Source: Planctomycetota bacterium (GTDB taxonomy: Bacteria > Planctomycetota > B15-G4). From it: a stretch of DNA of 64,000 nucleotides. A program made the translations under genes and the position numbers. Below the pieces are notes generated by a model that saw only the letters and a program-made list of their open reading frames with translations, was not told the origin of the DNA and searched no databases. The DNA lies in NCBI GenBank assembly GCA_965248575.1, contig CBDFJQ010000002.1:3328001-3392000 (forward strand), read 5' to 3'. Shown here one piece after another: positions 29,270 to 40,050 of the stretch (within the stretch, counting starts at the first letter, position 1; every line of letters starts with the position of its first letter).

Positions 29270-31735
29270 ATGAGACGATTCTCGCTAGCTGCGAGCGCGC
29301 TGACGGCCCTGATCTTCATGATCTTCACGGCTGCCCCCCTGCATGCGATGACGTGGGCCTCGCAGGACGCGGGCGCTGAGCAGGATGCGGCACAATTCCA
29401 ACGCCCTCCCCAAGCGCCGGCCACGCCCGAAGAGCTGCGCGCGGGCCGGCACGCCCTGGCGCATGTCGATGTCATCGACACGGCCTCCCGCTACCGCGCC
29501 TCCGAACATCTCAGCTTCGGCGTGCCCCTCAGCGTCGGTCTCGTGCAGGACGCCGGGACCCTGAGGCTGTGGAACGCGACGACCGCCGTGGCCCTCCCGT
29601 GTCAGACGCGCGTGCTGTCCCGCTGGCCCGACGGAAGCGTGCGCTGGGTGCTTGTGGACTCCCGCATGGAGCTGCAGGCCCGGGAGACCGTGCGTCTCAG
29701 CTTGGGCATTGCGCCTGAGCTGCCGGCCCCGGAAAGCCCTTGGCGCATCCAACGCGGTGAGGACGGCAGCCTGCTCGTCGACGACGGACAGACCGTCTGG
29801 CCCCTGCTGCTACCCCAGGCGAAGAAGACCGGCGGCAAAAGCGTGCTCGGGCTGAGCGCCCGACTCGTGGACATCTTCGGACACGACTACGAGGGCGTGG
29901 TCGATGCCAGCTCACTCACCTGGCTCGAGCGAGGCCCCTTGCGCGCCGTGGCGCGGCTGCAGGGAGCGCACCGTTCGCTCGATGGGGAGGGCCTGCCCAT
30001 CGACTTCCACACCTTCACGGCCCACGTGCACCTCTATGCGGGGCAGAGCAGGGCGCGGGTGGAATGGACCCTCGAGAACACGCCCTTGTTCGAGCCCCCG
30101 GGTCGCCTGGCGTTCGACTCCTACGGCCTGCAGCTCGACCCCGGCACAGCGCCGTCGGGGATCTCCCTGAAACTTCGCGCCGAGGCCGAGGACAGTTCGT
30201 TCTTGTTGGAGCAGGACGGTCTCGGCACGCGTGTCCTGCTCGAAGGAAGGACCGTGCAGGGCCGGGCCCCGGAAGACCTCTGGGCTGGGCTCCTGAGCGA
30301 TGGCCCCCAGGAAGGCACGGCGGTCTTTGCTCGCATGGTCGACTCGGCCCAGAACCATCCGTCGCGGCTCTCGCACGAGCTGGGTGGGCCCTTGCAGCTG
30401 GAGGTCCTGCCCTCGGGGATGGCGCAGACCTTCTTCCTCGACGATGGAACGCGAAAGACCTTTGCCGTCGACATCATCCGCGCCTCCCATGCCGCAGAGG
30501 GCCGAGCGCTCGTCAGTCAGGTCATCCGCCCTGCCCATGTAGCCCTGGTGCCGCTGGAGGTCCTGGCGACCGGCGCCTGGGGCGATGCCGGCCACTTCTA
30601 CATCCCCAGCCCGATCGACCTCCGCAAGCGCCTGGCCGCTCCCCAGGACCCTCCCACCGGGTGGGCGGATTGGGGTGAGAGCAAGGCGCTCAACACGCAT
30701 CAGTCCGGCTCCCCACGCAACCAGCTCTCCGTCTTCCTCGAGGCGATGCAAGCTGGCCGCCCGGACCTGAATGCCTGGAATCTGGCTCGTGCCCAGCACG
30801 CCATGGACATGCGGCCGTACCACCTCAGCGGCTTCCTCGCGTCCCGTTCTCCGTGGGCGAATCTCTACGAAGGTCTGCCCCACTCCAACAACAAGCCTTC
30901 TCACAGCCTCGGCCGCAGCGGAGTCCGCAACCGCCATCCCGAGTACAAGCAGGAGCTGCCCCGGGGCGGTCACGGCTACAACGGATTCGACCCCGAGCAC
31001 ATGACCCTCGACGATGTCTACGAGGCCTACCTGCTCACGGGCTCCTGGCTCGCCCTGGACGCCCTGCGCTCGGCCGGGGAGGCGGTGCTCACGTGGAAGG
31101 AGATCGTCGACGGCTCGATCCACAGTTCACGCACCTTCGGCTGGACGCTGCGCGCCTTGGTGCAAGTGCACCGAGCCACGGGCGAAGAGCGCTATCTCGA
31201 CGCGGCCCGCCAGTACGTGGCCCTGGCCGACGCCGAGCGGGGCCGGGGCGACGTGAAGTATCTGCGTCGCATGAAGCCCGACCCCCGGCACCTCGCGGAC
31301 GAACACTACGACTCGCCCTTCATGGTGGCGGTGGCGCTGCACGGCCTCTCAGCCTATTGGGCCGAAACCCGGGACCCCATCGTCCCACCCATGGCTGCCG
31401 ACCTCGTGGCCTTCTGCATGTCGGCACTGCGCAGCGAAGGATTCTTGCCCGATATGCCGACCGACACACCCTTGCCACCCAGCACCGGAGAGGTCAGCTC
31501 GCCCCTGGGGGTCACCACCTGGGTTCCAGGGGCCATCGCGGCCGCCGCCTTCATCACCGGCGATCACCGTCCGGTCGACCGCCTGCTGCCGTATTACGGC
31601 CTGCTTCAGAAGCACTCCTCCGACCCTGTCCAATTCGGTTCCAAGGACTGGCACTGGTGGCAACCCTTCCTGGCCTCTGTGCAGCAACGCCATGGCGACA
31701 GCGCCATCGCCAACCCATTCAGCGTCAAGCGTTGA
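29270..31735 (+). CDS. Secreted YetA/PcRGLX-like protein (putative polysaccharide lyase-like)
   Basis: Signal peptide; SFGVP...PCQTRVLSRWPDGSVRW and LERGPLRAV motifs; C-terminal helical region (YLLTG, HRATGEERYLDAA). Confidence 0.6.
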   Translation: MRRFSLAASALTALIFMIFTAAPLHAMTWASQDAGAEQDAAQFQRPPQAPATPEELRAGRHALAHVDVIDTASRYRASEHLSFGVPLSVGLVQDAGTLRLWNATTAVALPCQTRVLSRWPDGSVRWVLVDSRMELQARETVRLSLGIAPELPAPESPWRIQRGEDGSLLVDDGQTVWPLLLPQAKKTGGKSVLGLSARLVDIFGHDYEGVVDASSLTWLERGPLRAVARLQGAHRSLDGEGLPIDFHTFTAHVHLYAGQSRARVEWTLENTPLFEPPGRLAFDSYGLQLDPGTAPSGISLKLRAEAEDSSFLLEQDGLGTRVLLEGRTVQGRAPEDLWAGLLSDGPQEGTAVFARMVDSAQNHPSRLSHELGGPLQLEVLPSGMAQTFFLDDGTRKTFAVDIIRASHAAEGRALVSQVIRPAHVALVPLEVLATGAWGDAGHFYIPSPIDLRKRLAAPQDPPTGWADWGESKALNTHQSGSPRNQLSVFLEAMQAGRPDLNAWNLARAQHAMDMRPYHLSGFLASRSPWANLYEGLPHSNNKPSHSLGRSGVRNRHPEYKQELPRGGHGYNGFDPEHMTLDDVYEAYLLTGSWLALDALRSAGEAVLTWKEIVDGSIHSSRTFGWTLRALVQVHRATGEERYLDAARQYVALADAERGRGDVKYLRRMKPDPRHLADEHYDSPFMVAVALHGLSAYWAETRDPIVPPMAADLVAFCMSALRSEGFLPDMPTDTPLPPSTGEVSSPLGVTTWVPGAIAAAAFITGDHRPVDRLLPYYGLLQKHSSDPVQFGSKDWHWWQPFLASVQQRHGDSAIANPFSVKR

Positions 31736-31805
31736 GTCTTTCCTGCCCCCATCCCCCCTTCCAGGCTGGAGCGCTTCCCGTGTGGACTGCTAACCTGCCC
31801 GCCTC

Positions 31806-32642
31806 ATGAAGAAGATCTTCATCGGTTGCGGTGTTCTCGTCCTGCTGGTTCTCGGCTTTCTTGGTTATGTGGCCTACCAGTTCGTACCCGTGGTGCAGGA
31901 AGCCATCGCCACGGCTGAACGCATGCAGCAGGACTTCACGGCTCTCGACCAGGACTACCCGTTCGACGAGACGCAGGTGGAAGCGCTGGACATCGAGCGC
32001 TTCAGCTCCGTGCTTGAGCTGCGCATCGAGCTCGCCCAGGAACTCGAGTTGCTCAACGCCGACTTCGAGAAGTTTGGCGACGACCTGGAAGAGAAGGACC
32101 TGGGCATCTTCGACATGGGCGAGTTCGCAGGGATGCTCATGTCCGGCATGAGCCGCGTGCAAGGGCTGACCGGCAGTGTGCCCAGCTTGCTGCGGCAACG
32201 GGAGATGTCGGCCACGGAGCTCAGCTGGCACTGCCGGGTGATGTGGGCCACGTTGAACCTCATCGACGCGGGCGCTGCCGACGAACAGCTCGAACCCCTG
32301 CGGGGCGAGTTCGACACGTTCAGCCGTGAGTACGAGCTCATGCGCAAGGAGAACAACGACAACGAGATGCCGGTGCTGAGCGAGGTCATCGGCGAGTTCG
32401 ACACCAAGATCCTCGAGGAGGCCAAGGCCGTCTTCGAGTTGGACCCGCAGCTGGTCCTGGATGGGCGCACCGAAGCCATGGTCGAGGTCTTCTATCTGAT
32501 CAGCACGCCCACCCTGCAGGCCTTCGCGGAGCAGGACCAAAGCGCGGTGCGTGTGAGCGTCAACGGCAAGGACATCCTCGGCGGGCCGTCCAATTCGGAC
32601 GACACGAGTACCGAGAACGAGGCGCAGCCCTCCGACGGATGA
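31806..32642 (+). CDS. Membrane-anchored acidic helical hypothetical protein
   Basis: MKKIFIGCGVLVLLVLG anchor; typical codon usage; ATGA overlap with the ATPase. Confidence 0.75.
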   Translation: MKKIFIGCGVLVLLVLGFLGYVAYQFVPVVQEAIATAERMQQDFTALDQDYPFDETQVEALDIERFSSVLELRIELAQELELLNADFEKFGDDLEEKDLGIFDMGEFAGMLMSGMSRVQGLTGSVPSLLRQREMSATELSWHCRVMWATLNLIDAGAADEQLEPLRGEFDTFSREYELMRKENNDNEMPVLSEVIGEFDTKILEEAKAVFELDPQLVLDGRTEAMVEVFYLISTPTLQAFAEQDQSAVRVSVNGKDILGGPSNSDDTSTENEAQPSDG

Positions 32643-34822
32643 GCCGCACCCGGGTGATTCCCGTGCGCGGCATGAGCTGCGCCGGCTGTGCCTCCACCAT
32701 CGAGCGCGGCCTGAGCAAGCTGCCCGGTGTGGAGAGTGCCAGCGTCAGCTATGCCACGCGCTCCGCCACGGTCACCAGCGACGTGGGCGAGCACGCGCTG
32801 CTCCAGGCCATCGAGGACACGGGCTACGAAGGGCTGCCCTCCCTGGGCTCGGCCATCGAGGCCCTGCTCCAGGATCCAGATCAGGGCGCAGCGTCACCCA
32901 AGACCCAGGCCTTCCTGGCCGTGGGCCTGACGCTGATCTCCATGCTGACTGGCCATGTCCTCCCGTGGCTGGCGGCGGTCACCTCCCTGGCGACCCTCGC
33001 CTTGCCTGGGCGCGCGATCTTCCTGCAAGCCTGGCGTATGGCCCGAGCCCGACACGCAGCCATGGACACCCTGGTGGCCATGGGCGCCGGCAGCGCTTTC
33101 CTGCATGCCTTCTGGTCCTGGACCGAGACGGGCACGGGCCCTTTCGCCACAGCCGCCATGATCGTCAGCTTCGTGCTCATCGGTCGCGCGCTGGAACACT
33201 CGGCGCGGCGTCGATCCGCGGCCGCCTTGCGATCCCTCGCAGCGCGTGCCCCGCGCCAGGCGCGCGTGCTCCGGGATGGCCAAGAACATCGGATCTCTGC
33301 CGACGAAGTGCAGGTGAACGACCTCTGCCTCGTGGGAGATGGCGAAGCCGTCCCCGCCGACGGCGAAGTGGTCGAGGGTTCTTCAGGCTTCGACGAATCC
33401 CTGCTCACCGGCGAGTCCTTCCCGGCCTGGCGCCGCCCCGGTGACCGGCTCGTGGGGGGCACCACCAATGTGGGCGGCCAACTGGTCAGCCTGCGTGCGA
33501 CCCGCGTGGGCGGCGAGAGCACTCTGGCGCAACTGGTCTCGCTCGTAAGCCAGGCCCAGGCCAGCAAGGCTCCCGTGCAACGCCTCGCCGATCGGGTGGC
33601 GGGGGTCTTCGTACCCGTCGTGCTCGCGGTGGCCCTCGCGGCTTGGTTCTTCGGTGGAGGGGGCCTTGCAGCTGTCGCCGTCTTGGTCGTGGCCTGCCCC
33701 TGCGCCCTGGGCCTGGCCACGCCGACGGCCATCCAGGTGGCCACAGGCCGCGCCGCCCAGCTCGGCATCCTCGTGCGCGACGCCGGCGCCCTGGAAGCGG
33801 CAGGCAAGCTCGACATCCTGATGCTCGACAAGACCGGCACGCTCACCGCTGGCAACCCAGTGGTGGAGGACCTGCACCTGCTGGCGGCCAGCGACGCCGC
33901 GGCTGCCCGGGGAAACAGCCCGGACTCCGCAGCAACTTTGGCGGACGCACTGCAAGCCGCCTCCGCGGTCGAGGCTGCCACCGGCCATCCCCTGGGCGTC
34001 GCCATCCGCGGAGAGCTGGACCGCCGGGGGCTACCACCCGCCGACGTGGATCGCTCGAGCCTGGCCGCCGAAGTGGGCGGCGTCAGCGGGCGATTGGCAG
34101 ACGGGCGCATGGTGCTCGTGGGCTCGCCAGCCTTCCTTGAGCGGCACGACGTCCCCCTGCAGGCCGCCCGTGAGATCTGCGACACCTACACCCAACGCGG
34201 CTGGACGCTGGCCGTCGTGGCCCTCGACGGCGCCGCCGTCCTGGTCATGGGGATCGGAGACCAGATGCGGCCCACCAGTTCGCGGGCCGTGCGCGTCCTT
34301 TCCCAGCTGGGCATCCGACCGGTCTTGTCCACGGGTGATCACAAAGCTGCAGCCCAAGCCATCGCCAGCCTCGCAGGCATCGATGAGGTGCATGCCGCAG
34401 AATCCCCCGAGAGCAAGGCCGAGCGCATCCGTGCCTACCGCAAGGGTGGCTACATCGTGGGCATGGTGGGCGACGGCACCAACGACGCACCGGCCTTGGC
34501 CGAGGCCCACGCGGGCTTCGCCGTGGGTTCCGCCACGGACCTCGCCAAGGCGGCAGCACCGCTGGTGCTGGTGAGCGGAGACCTGGCGCGGGCCACCGTG
34601 GCCGTCGAACTGGCGCGAGCCACCCTGCGCATCATCCGCCAGAACCTCGGGCTCGCCTTTGCCTACAACATCGTGGCTCTGCCCCTGGCGTTCAGTGGCC
34701 AGATCGCGCCGCCCTTCGCCGCGGCAGCGATGGCCACCAGCTCGCTGCTCGTGGTCACCAACGCCCTACGCCTGCGCCGCTTCCGCTCCAAACTCGAGAC
34801 AGCCTTCGGCCTGGAGAGCTAA
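32639..34822 (+). CDS. copA: Heavy-metal P1B-type ATPase, Cu(I)-type
   Basis: GMSCAGC HMA domain, TGES, ACPCALGLATP, DKTGT, GHP, GDGTND, YN and MATSS (P1B-1 signatures). Confidence 0.88.
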   Translation: MSRTRVIPVRGMSCAGCASTIERGLSKLPGVESASVSYATRSATVTSDVGEHALLQAIEDTGYEGLPSLGSAIEALLQDPDQGAASPKTQAFLAVGLTLISMLTGHVLPWLAAVTSLATLALPGRAIFLQAWRMARARHAAMDTLVAMGAGSAFLHAFWSWTETGTGPFATAAMIVSFVLIGRALEHSARRRSAAALRSLAARAPRQARVLRDGQEHRISADEVQVNDLCLVGDGEAVPADGEVVEGSSGFDESLLTGESFPAWRRPGDRLVGGTTNVGGQLVSLRATRVGGESTLAQLVSLVSQAQASKAPVQRLADRVAGVFVPVVLAVALAAWFFGGGGLAAVAVLVVACPCALGLATPTAIQVATGRAAQLGILVRDAGALEAAGKLDILMLDKTGTLTAGNPVVEDLHLLAASDAAAARGNSPDSAATLADALQAASAVEAATGHPLGVAIRGELDRRGLPPADVDRSSLAAEVGGVSGRLADGRMVLVGSPAFLERHDVPLQAAREICDTYTQRGWTLAVVALDGAAVLVMGIGDQMRPTSSRAVRVLSQLGIRPVLSTGDHKAAAQAIASLAGIDEVHAAESPESKAERIRAYRKGGYIVGMVGDGTNDAPALAEAHAGFAVGSATDLAKAAAPLVLVSGDLARATVAVELARATLRIIRQNLGLAFAYNIVALPLAFSGQIAPPFAAAAMATSSLLVVTNALRLRRFRSKLETAFGLES

Positions 34823-34907
34823 GCGTCGCGCGGACCCAACGAGAGGGTCAAGCCCCACCCCAGCCTCTCCCAGCCCTAACAAGCAGCAGGACGAGGGGGG
34901 GCTTTGG

Positions 34908-36335
<1,428 letters not shown>

Positions 36336-36414
36336 GGGCTACTTCCTTTCGTAGTGCGCCGGCTACGGCCGGGCGTTTGTGTGTCGAGTGCGCTGTTCGA
36401 GCGCGCGTTGGTTT

Positions 36415-36723
36415 TCAAATGGCGTCCGGGCCGGTCTCGCCCGTGCGGATGCGGATCACGTCGTGCAGTTCCCACGAGAAGATGCGACCGCGGTCCACGC
36501 CCCCTTCTTCGATGGCGCGTACGGCAGCCTCGAAGAAGGAATCATTCACGCCCACTTCGATGCGCACCATGGGTTCGGGCGACACCTCGGAGAGCTGGAG
36601 GCCTTCCATGGCGCTGACGCCATGCACCTGGCTCACGGTCATGCGATAGATGTCCGCATCGGCCAGTCGGGAGGTGACGGCATCCAGGCGTTCTGGAGTG
36701 ACGATTGCCTGGACCATCCGCAT
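36415..36723 (-). CDS. Atypical P-II family nitrogen regulator
   Basis: MRMVQAIVTPERLDAV...MTVSQVHG...RIEVGV...GRIF...VIRIRTGETGPDAI. PII C-terminal signature present, T-loop shortened; directly upstream of glnA. Confidence 0.85.
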   Translation of the reverse strand: MRMVQAIVTPERLDAVTSRLADADIYRMTVSQVHGVSAMEGLQLSEVSPEPMVRIEVGVNDSFFEAAVRAIEEGGVDRGRIFSWELHDVIRIRTGETGPDAI

Positions 36724-37027
36724 GAAACTGACCGCCTGATTCGTTGTGAAACGCCCGTGAGGCGGCCGGCCTCGAATCCGGCCCCCGTCCCACGGAGTCC
36801 AGGGTGGGACTTTATCCAGCGGGCCGAGCCACCACAACGTGCAGCGCCAGGGGAAATTCCCGTGGACCGCCTCACACGCCGTGAGTCCCGGGCAGCCCCG
36901 GCGCCAAGAGAGCCGGGAAGCCTCCGAGCCTGGCTTCGATGGCCAGCCAGGCCACGAGACCCAATCCAGCGGCCAGGAAGAGCCAAGGCTGGGCCCTCTC
37001 ACCCCGATGCCCGGGAGTCGACGGTTC

Positions 37028-37315
37028 ATGCAGATCCGGCTGCTGCTCACCCTTCTGTTCTCGGCCGCCCAGGACCACCCCTCCAAGGCCAGCCCCTTTG
37101 AAAGCATGCGCTGGCAGGGCACACAGCCCGAAGTGCTGGTGAACAATGAGAGGCACCGCCCGCTGGCCATCGACGACCTGGAGGTGGGACAGATCCTCGA
37201 GTCCTGCAACCGGCGCTGGCCGGGGAGGCTTCAGAAGCGATTCGCCGAGGACCTCATGGAGGCCATGGCCGCCCTGGAGCTGAGGCCCAGTTGGAGACAG
37301 CGCTCAAACTACTGA
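37028..37315 (+). pseudogene. Short ORF, possibly a truncated N-terminal fragment of a secreted protein
   Basis: Signal-like start, then SPFESMRW...LAIDD...QKRFAEDLME; reading quality degrades near 37285, consistent with a frameshift. Confidence 0.4.
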
Positions 37316-37444
37316 GGGGCGACTCCTAGCAAGCCCTACCCCGATCGGCGTATGTCGTCTCAATCGGCTGCAGCCGAAGATGAGAGCGTGGGTGTGCGCT
37401 TGCCGTCGCATCCACAAGCGCATGCATTCCTAGGAGGACGCCCC

Positions 37445-38779
37445 ATGAAGCGCTCCGTGATCCACTTGGCCGGCGTGGCCTTGGCCACGCTCCTTGCCAC
37501 GGGCCTCTGGGCTCAGCAGGACGCTGCAACACCAGACGGCGAGCGGGGAGCGCAGCTTTTCGCAACGCACTGCTCCGCGTGCCACGGCGAGACGGGTGCG
37601 GGCGACGGCCCAGTGGCCAGCCTCTTGGACCCCCGACCCCGGGATTTCGGCCTGGGGGCCTTCCACGTGGTCTCCACCGACAACGGGGTGCCTTCGGACG
37701 ACGACCTGGCTGACACCCTTCGGCTCGGCATGGTGGGCACGGCCATGCCAGGCTGGAGCCATCTGCCTGACTCCGACCTGGCCGCCTTGGTGGGCTTCGT
37801 GCGCGAAGCCATCGTGCAACGACGACTGGAGACAGCCCTCAGCAACGCCGGGCAACAATCGCCGGCGAGCGCAGCGGAGACGGAGCGGCAAATCCGCGAC
37901 GCGCTCGCGCCCGGGGCGCGCGTCCCTGTGGGCCCCGCTCCCCCTTCCACCCCGGCCGACATCGCGCGGGGCAGGGAGATCTGGGCCGAGAGTTGCGCCG
38001 AATGTCATGGCATGGACGGGAGAGGCGGTGTGCGCACCGATCTGCGCGACATCCGAGGGCGCCCCTCCCATCCCCGAGACTTCAGCCGAGGGCTCTTTCG
38101 TGGCAGCGATGAGCCCGTTGAATTGGCGCGGCGGATCACCCTGGGCATGCCCGGCACCGCCATGCCGTCTTTTGAGCTGCCGGCCGAAGACCTCTGGGCC
38201 GTGGTGCACTATGGGCGCAGCCTGGTGGAAGCGGGCGCGCAGCAGGATCGGCTGCAGATCCGCCGCACCCTCGTAGCGCCCCGCAGCCGGGCAGCGCTGA
38301 GTCTCGACGCCGCGCCGCGACTCTCCTGGGACTTCGTGCCTCAAGTGCGCCTCCCGCTCATGCCCTACGTCTGGGATGGCCCGGACTTCGATCCCGTCGG
38401 TGTTCAGCTCATGCACGACGGACAGCGGCTGGCCGTGCGCGTCCATGGCTTGGGGGCGGGAGAGCAAGACGCTCCGTCAGAACTCACGCTGAAGATCAGC
38501 ACGGAGAGCGAGCCAGCTCTCATCAGCGGCAGGAGTACGCACTCGAGCAGCCGGAGCTGGCGCTGGAGCGGGGCGCAGGCCGATGAAGCGGGCCGGGACG
38601 GAGCGGCGCACGGTCAGTCCACCCCAGAGGGATGGCAGCTGCTGTTCGTCGACGAGCTCGGCGGCGCGGCCCCTGTCCTGCGACCCGGTGAATCCGTCCG
38701 GCTCCAGCTGAGCCTGCGCGGCGGCAGCAGCAAGGGCCGTGCTCTGACCATCTGGCACGCCGTCGACCTCGCTCCCTGA
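37445..38779 (+). CDS. Periplasmic di-haem c-type cytochrome with C-terminal beta (DOMON/EbdC-like) domain
   Basis: SD GGAGG; signal peptide; CSACH and CAECH, each followed by PRDF...GTAMP (axial Met). Confidence 0.88.
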   Translation: MKRSVIHLAGVALATLLATGLWAQQDAATPDGERGAQLFATHCSACHGETGAGDGPVASLLDPRPRDFGLGAFHVVSTDNGVPSDDDLADTLRLGMVGTAMPGWSHLPDSDLAALVGFVREAIVQRRLETALSNAGQQSPASAAETERQIRDALAPGARVPVGPAPPSTPADIARGREIWAESCAECHGMDGRGGVRTDLRDIRGRPSHPRDFSRGLFRGSDEPVELARRITLGMPGTAMPSFELPAEDLWAVVHYGRSLVEAGAQQDRLQIRRTLVAPRSRAALSLDAAPRLSWDFVPQVRLPLMPYVWDGPDFDPVGVQLMHDGQRLAVRVHGLGAGEQDAPSELTLKISTESEPALISGRSTHSSSRSWRWSGAQADEAGRDGAAHGQSTPEGWQLLFVDELGGAAPVLRPGESVRLQLSLRGGSSKGRALTIWHAVDLAP

Positions 38780-38807
38780 TCCCTCTCCCTGATTCAGGAT
38801 CCAGCCG

Positions 38808-39071
38808 CTAGAGGCCCATGCCACTCAGGGCGTCGGCCAGCTGGGCAACCGCCGCCGAGAGGCGCGGGTGGGACGTCTCGAAATCGCTGGTGGCCTCACT
38901 CAGCCGCTCCACCAGGGACTCGTGGCCCTCAGCCTCCGAAGCAGCTAGCAGACCTTCGATGTCCGCCAGGACCGTCTTCAGCTGGTCGGTGGTTTCGGAG
39001 TCGAGGGTGGGTTCAGCCGCCAACTCCTGATGCAGCTTGGACAGGGTCTCGCTCAATCGCTGCTTGGGCAT
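38808..39071 (-). CDS. Small helical protein, DUF4404-like
   Basis: L..LHQEL...FETSHPRLS...LADALSGMGL pattern. Confidence 0.75.
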   Translation of the reverse strand: MPKQRLSETLSKLHQELAAEPTLDSETTDQLKTVLADIEGLLAASEAEGHESLVERLSEATSDFETSHPRLSAAVAQLADALSGMGL

Positions 39072-39116
39072 GGTGCTGCGGCTCCTGGGAGGGGTTCTCG
39101 GTGCGGCGGTCTGCCG

Positions 39117-39929
39117 TCACAGGATACCGTCCGGTTCGCGCAGGGTGTTCATGCAGTGGTCGAGCAGGTCGGTGATGGTCAAGATTCCCACCAGCTTGCC
39201 GTCCCTCACGACGGGCAAGGCCGACACCTTTGCGGTAGCCATGAGCATCGCCACATCGGGAGTCGGGTCGTCGGGACCCACGGTGATGGGTTCGGTCTGC
39301 ATGATGCTCGCGATCGTGTCCTCGTCGGCCCGCCCAGCCGCTTCGCAACGGCCGAGGTCCCGGGAAGAGACGATGCCAATCAGGCGATCACCTTCCACGA
39401 CGGGCAAATGCCGGGCGTGCAGGTCGCGGCAGATGAGGATCGCTTCCGACACCGCGGTGTCGGCGGTGACGGCCACGGTCTCAGGAGCCATGAGCACAGA
39501 AGCGCAGGGCTGGTCCACGGGGTCCACCAGGCCACCGTCGCGACAGGCTTGAGCGAATGCCACGAGCATGTCGAGTTCGGACAGGATGCCCACCAGATCG
39601 GAGCCGCTCAGAACAGGCAGGCAACCGATCTTCTCGATGGAGAAGTCCACGGCGGCTGTCACCACGGTGTCTTCCGGCGAGACCGCAGTGAACTCGGCAT
39701 GCATCACCTGGGCCACCGTCCGGGTGGGGCCCGCCCCGGACACCACGTTGGAGAGCTCCTCGGCGGTCGGGTAGAGATCCCGGTCGGAGACGACGCCCAC
39801 GAGTCGCCCATCCCGCACCACAGGCGCGTGCCGGATGTCCTCGTTGTCCAGCAGCTCACGCGCCTCGCTGACCGGCAGCGATGGTTCGATGGTGATGGGG
39901 TTCTTCGACATGATCGCGGCGACATCCAT
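39117..39929 (-). CDS. Tandem CBS-domain protein (four CBS domains)
   Basis: Four repeats of the type IRHAPVV..GRLVGVVS, IGCLPVL, ARHLPVV, VSALPVV..GKLVGILT. Confidence 0.9.
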   Translation of the reverse strand: MDVAAIMSKNPITIEPSLPVSEARELLDNEDIRHAPVVRDGRLVGVVSDRDLYPTAEELSNVVSGAGPTRTVAQVMHAEFTAVSPEDTVVTAAVDFSIEKIGCLPVLSGSDLVGILSELDMLVAFAQACRDGGLVDPVDQPCASVLMAPETVAVTADTAVSEAILICRDLHARHLPVVEGDRLIGIVSSRDLGRCEAAGRADEDTIASIMQTEPITVGPDDPTPDVAMLMATAKVSALPVVRDGKLVGILTITDLLDHCMNTLREPDGIL

Positions 39930-40050
39930 GGCACGGCTCCAAAAGAGGGAACATCCCAACGCTTCCATGGTGCTGCCGAGCCTCTGTCGGCACAGGTGGG
40001 GAGAGGGCGAAGGCACAGGGGGCAAGGGGCGTAGTCGGTGCCCCGAACCC

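Noticed and set aside
36834..36850. Possible sigma54 promoter (TGGCGC...TTGT) upstream of PII-glnA on the minus strand
   Set aside because: The -24/-12 spacing is off by one and the -12 GC is absent.
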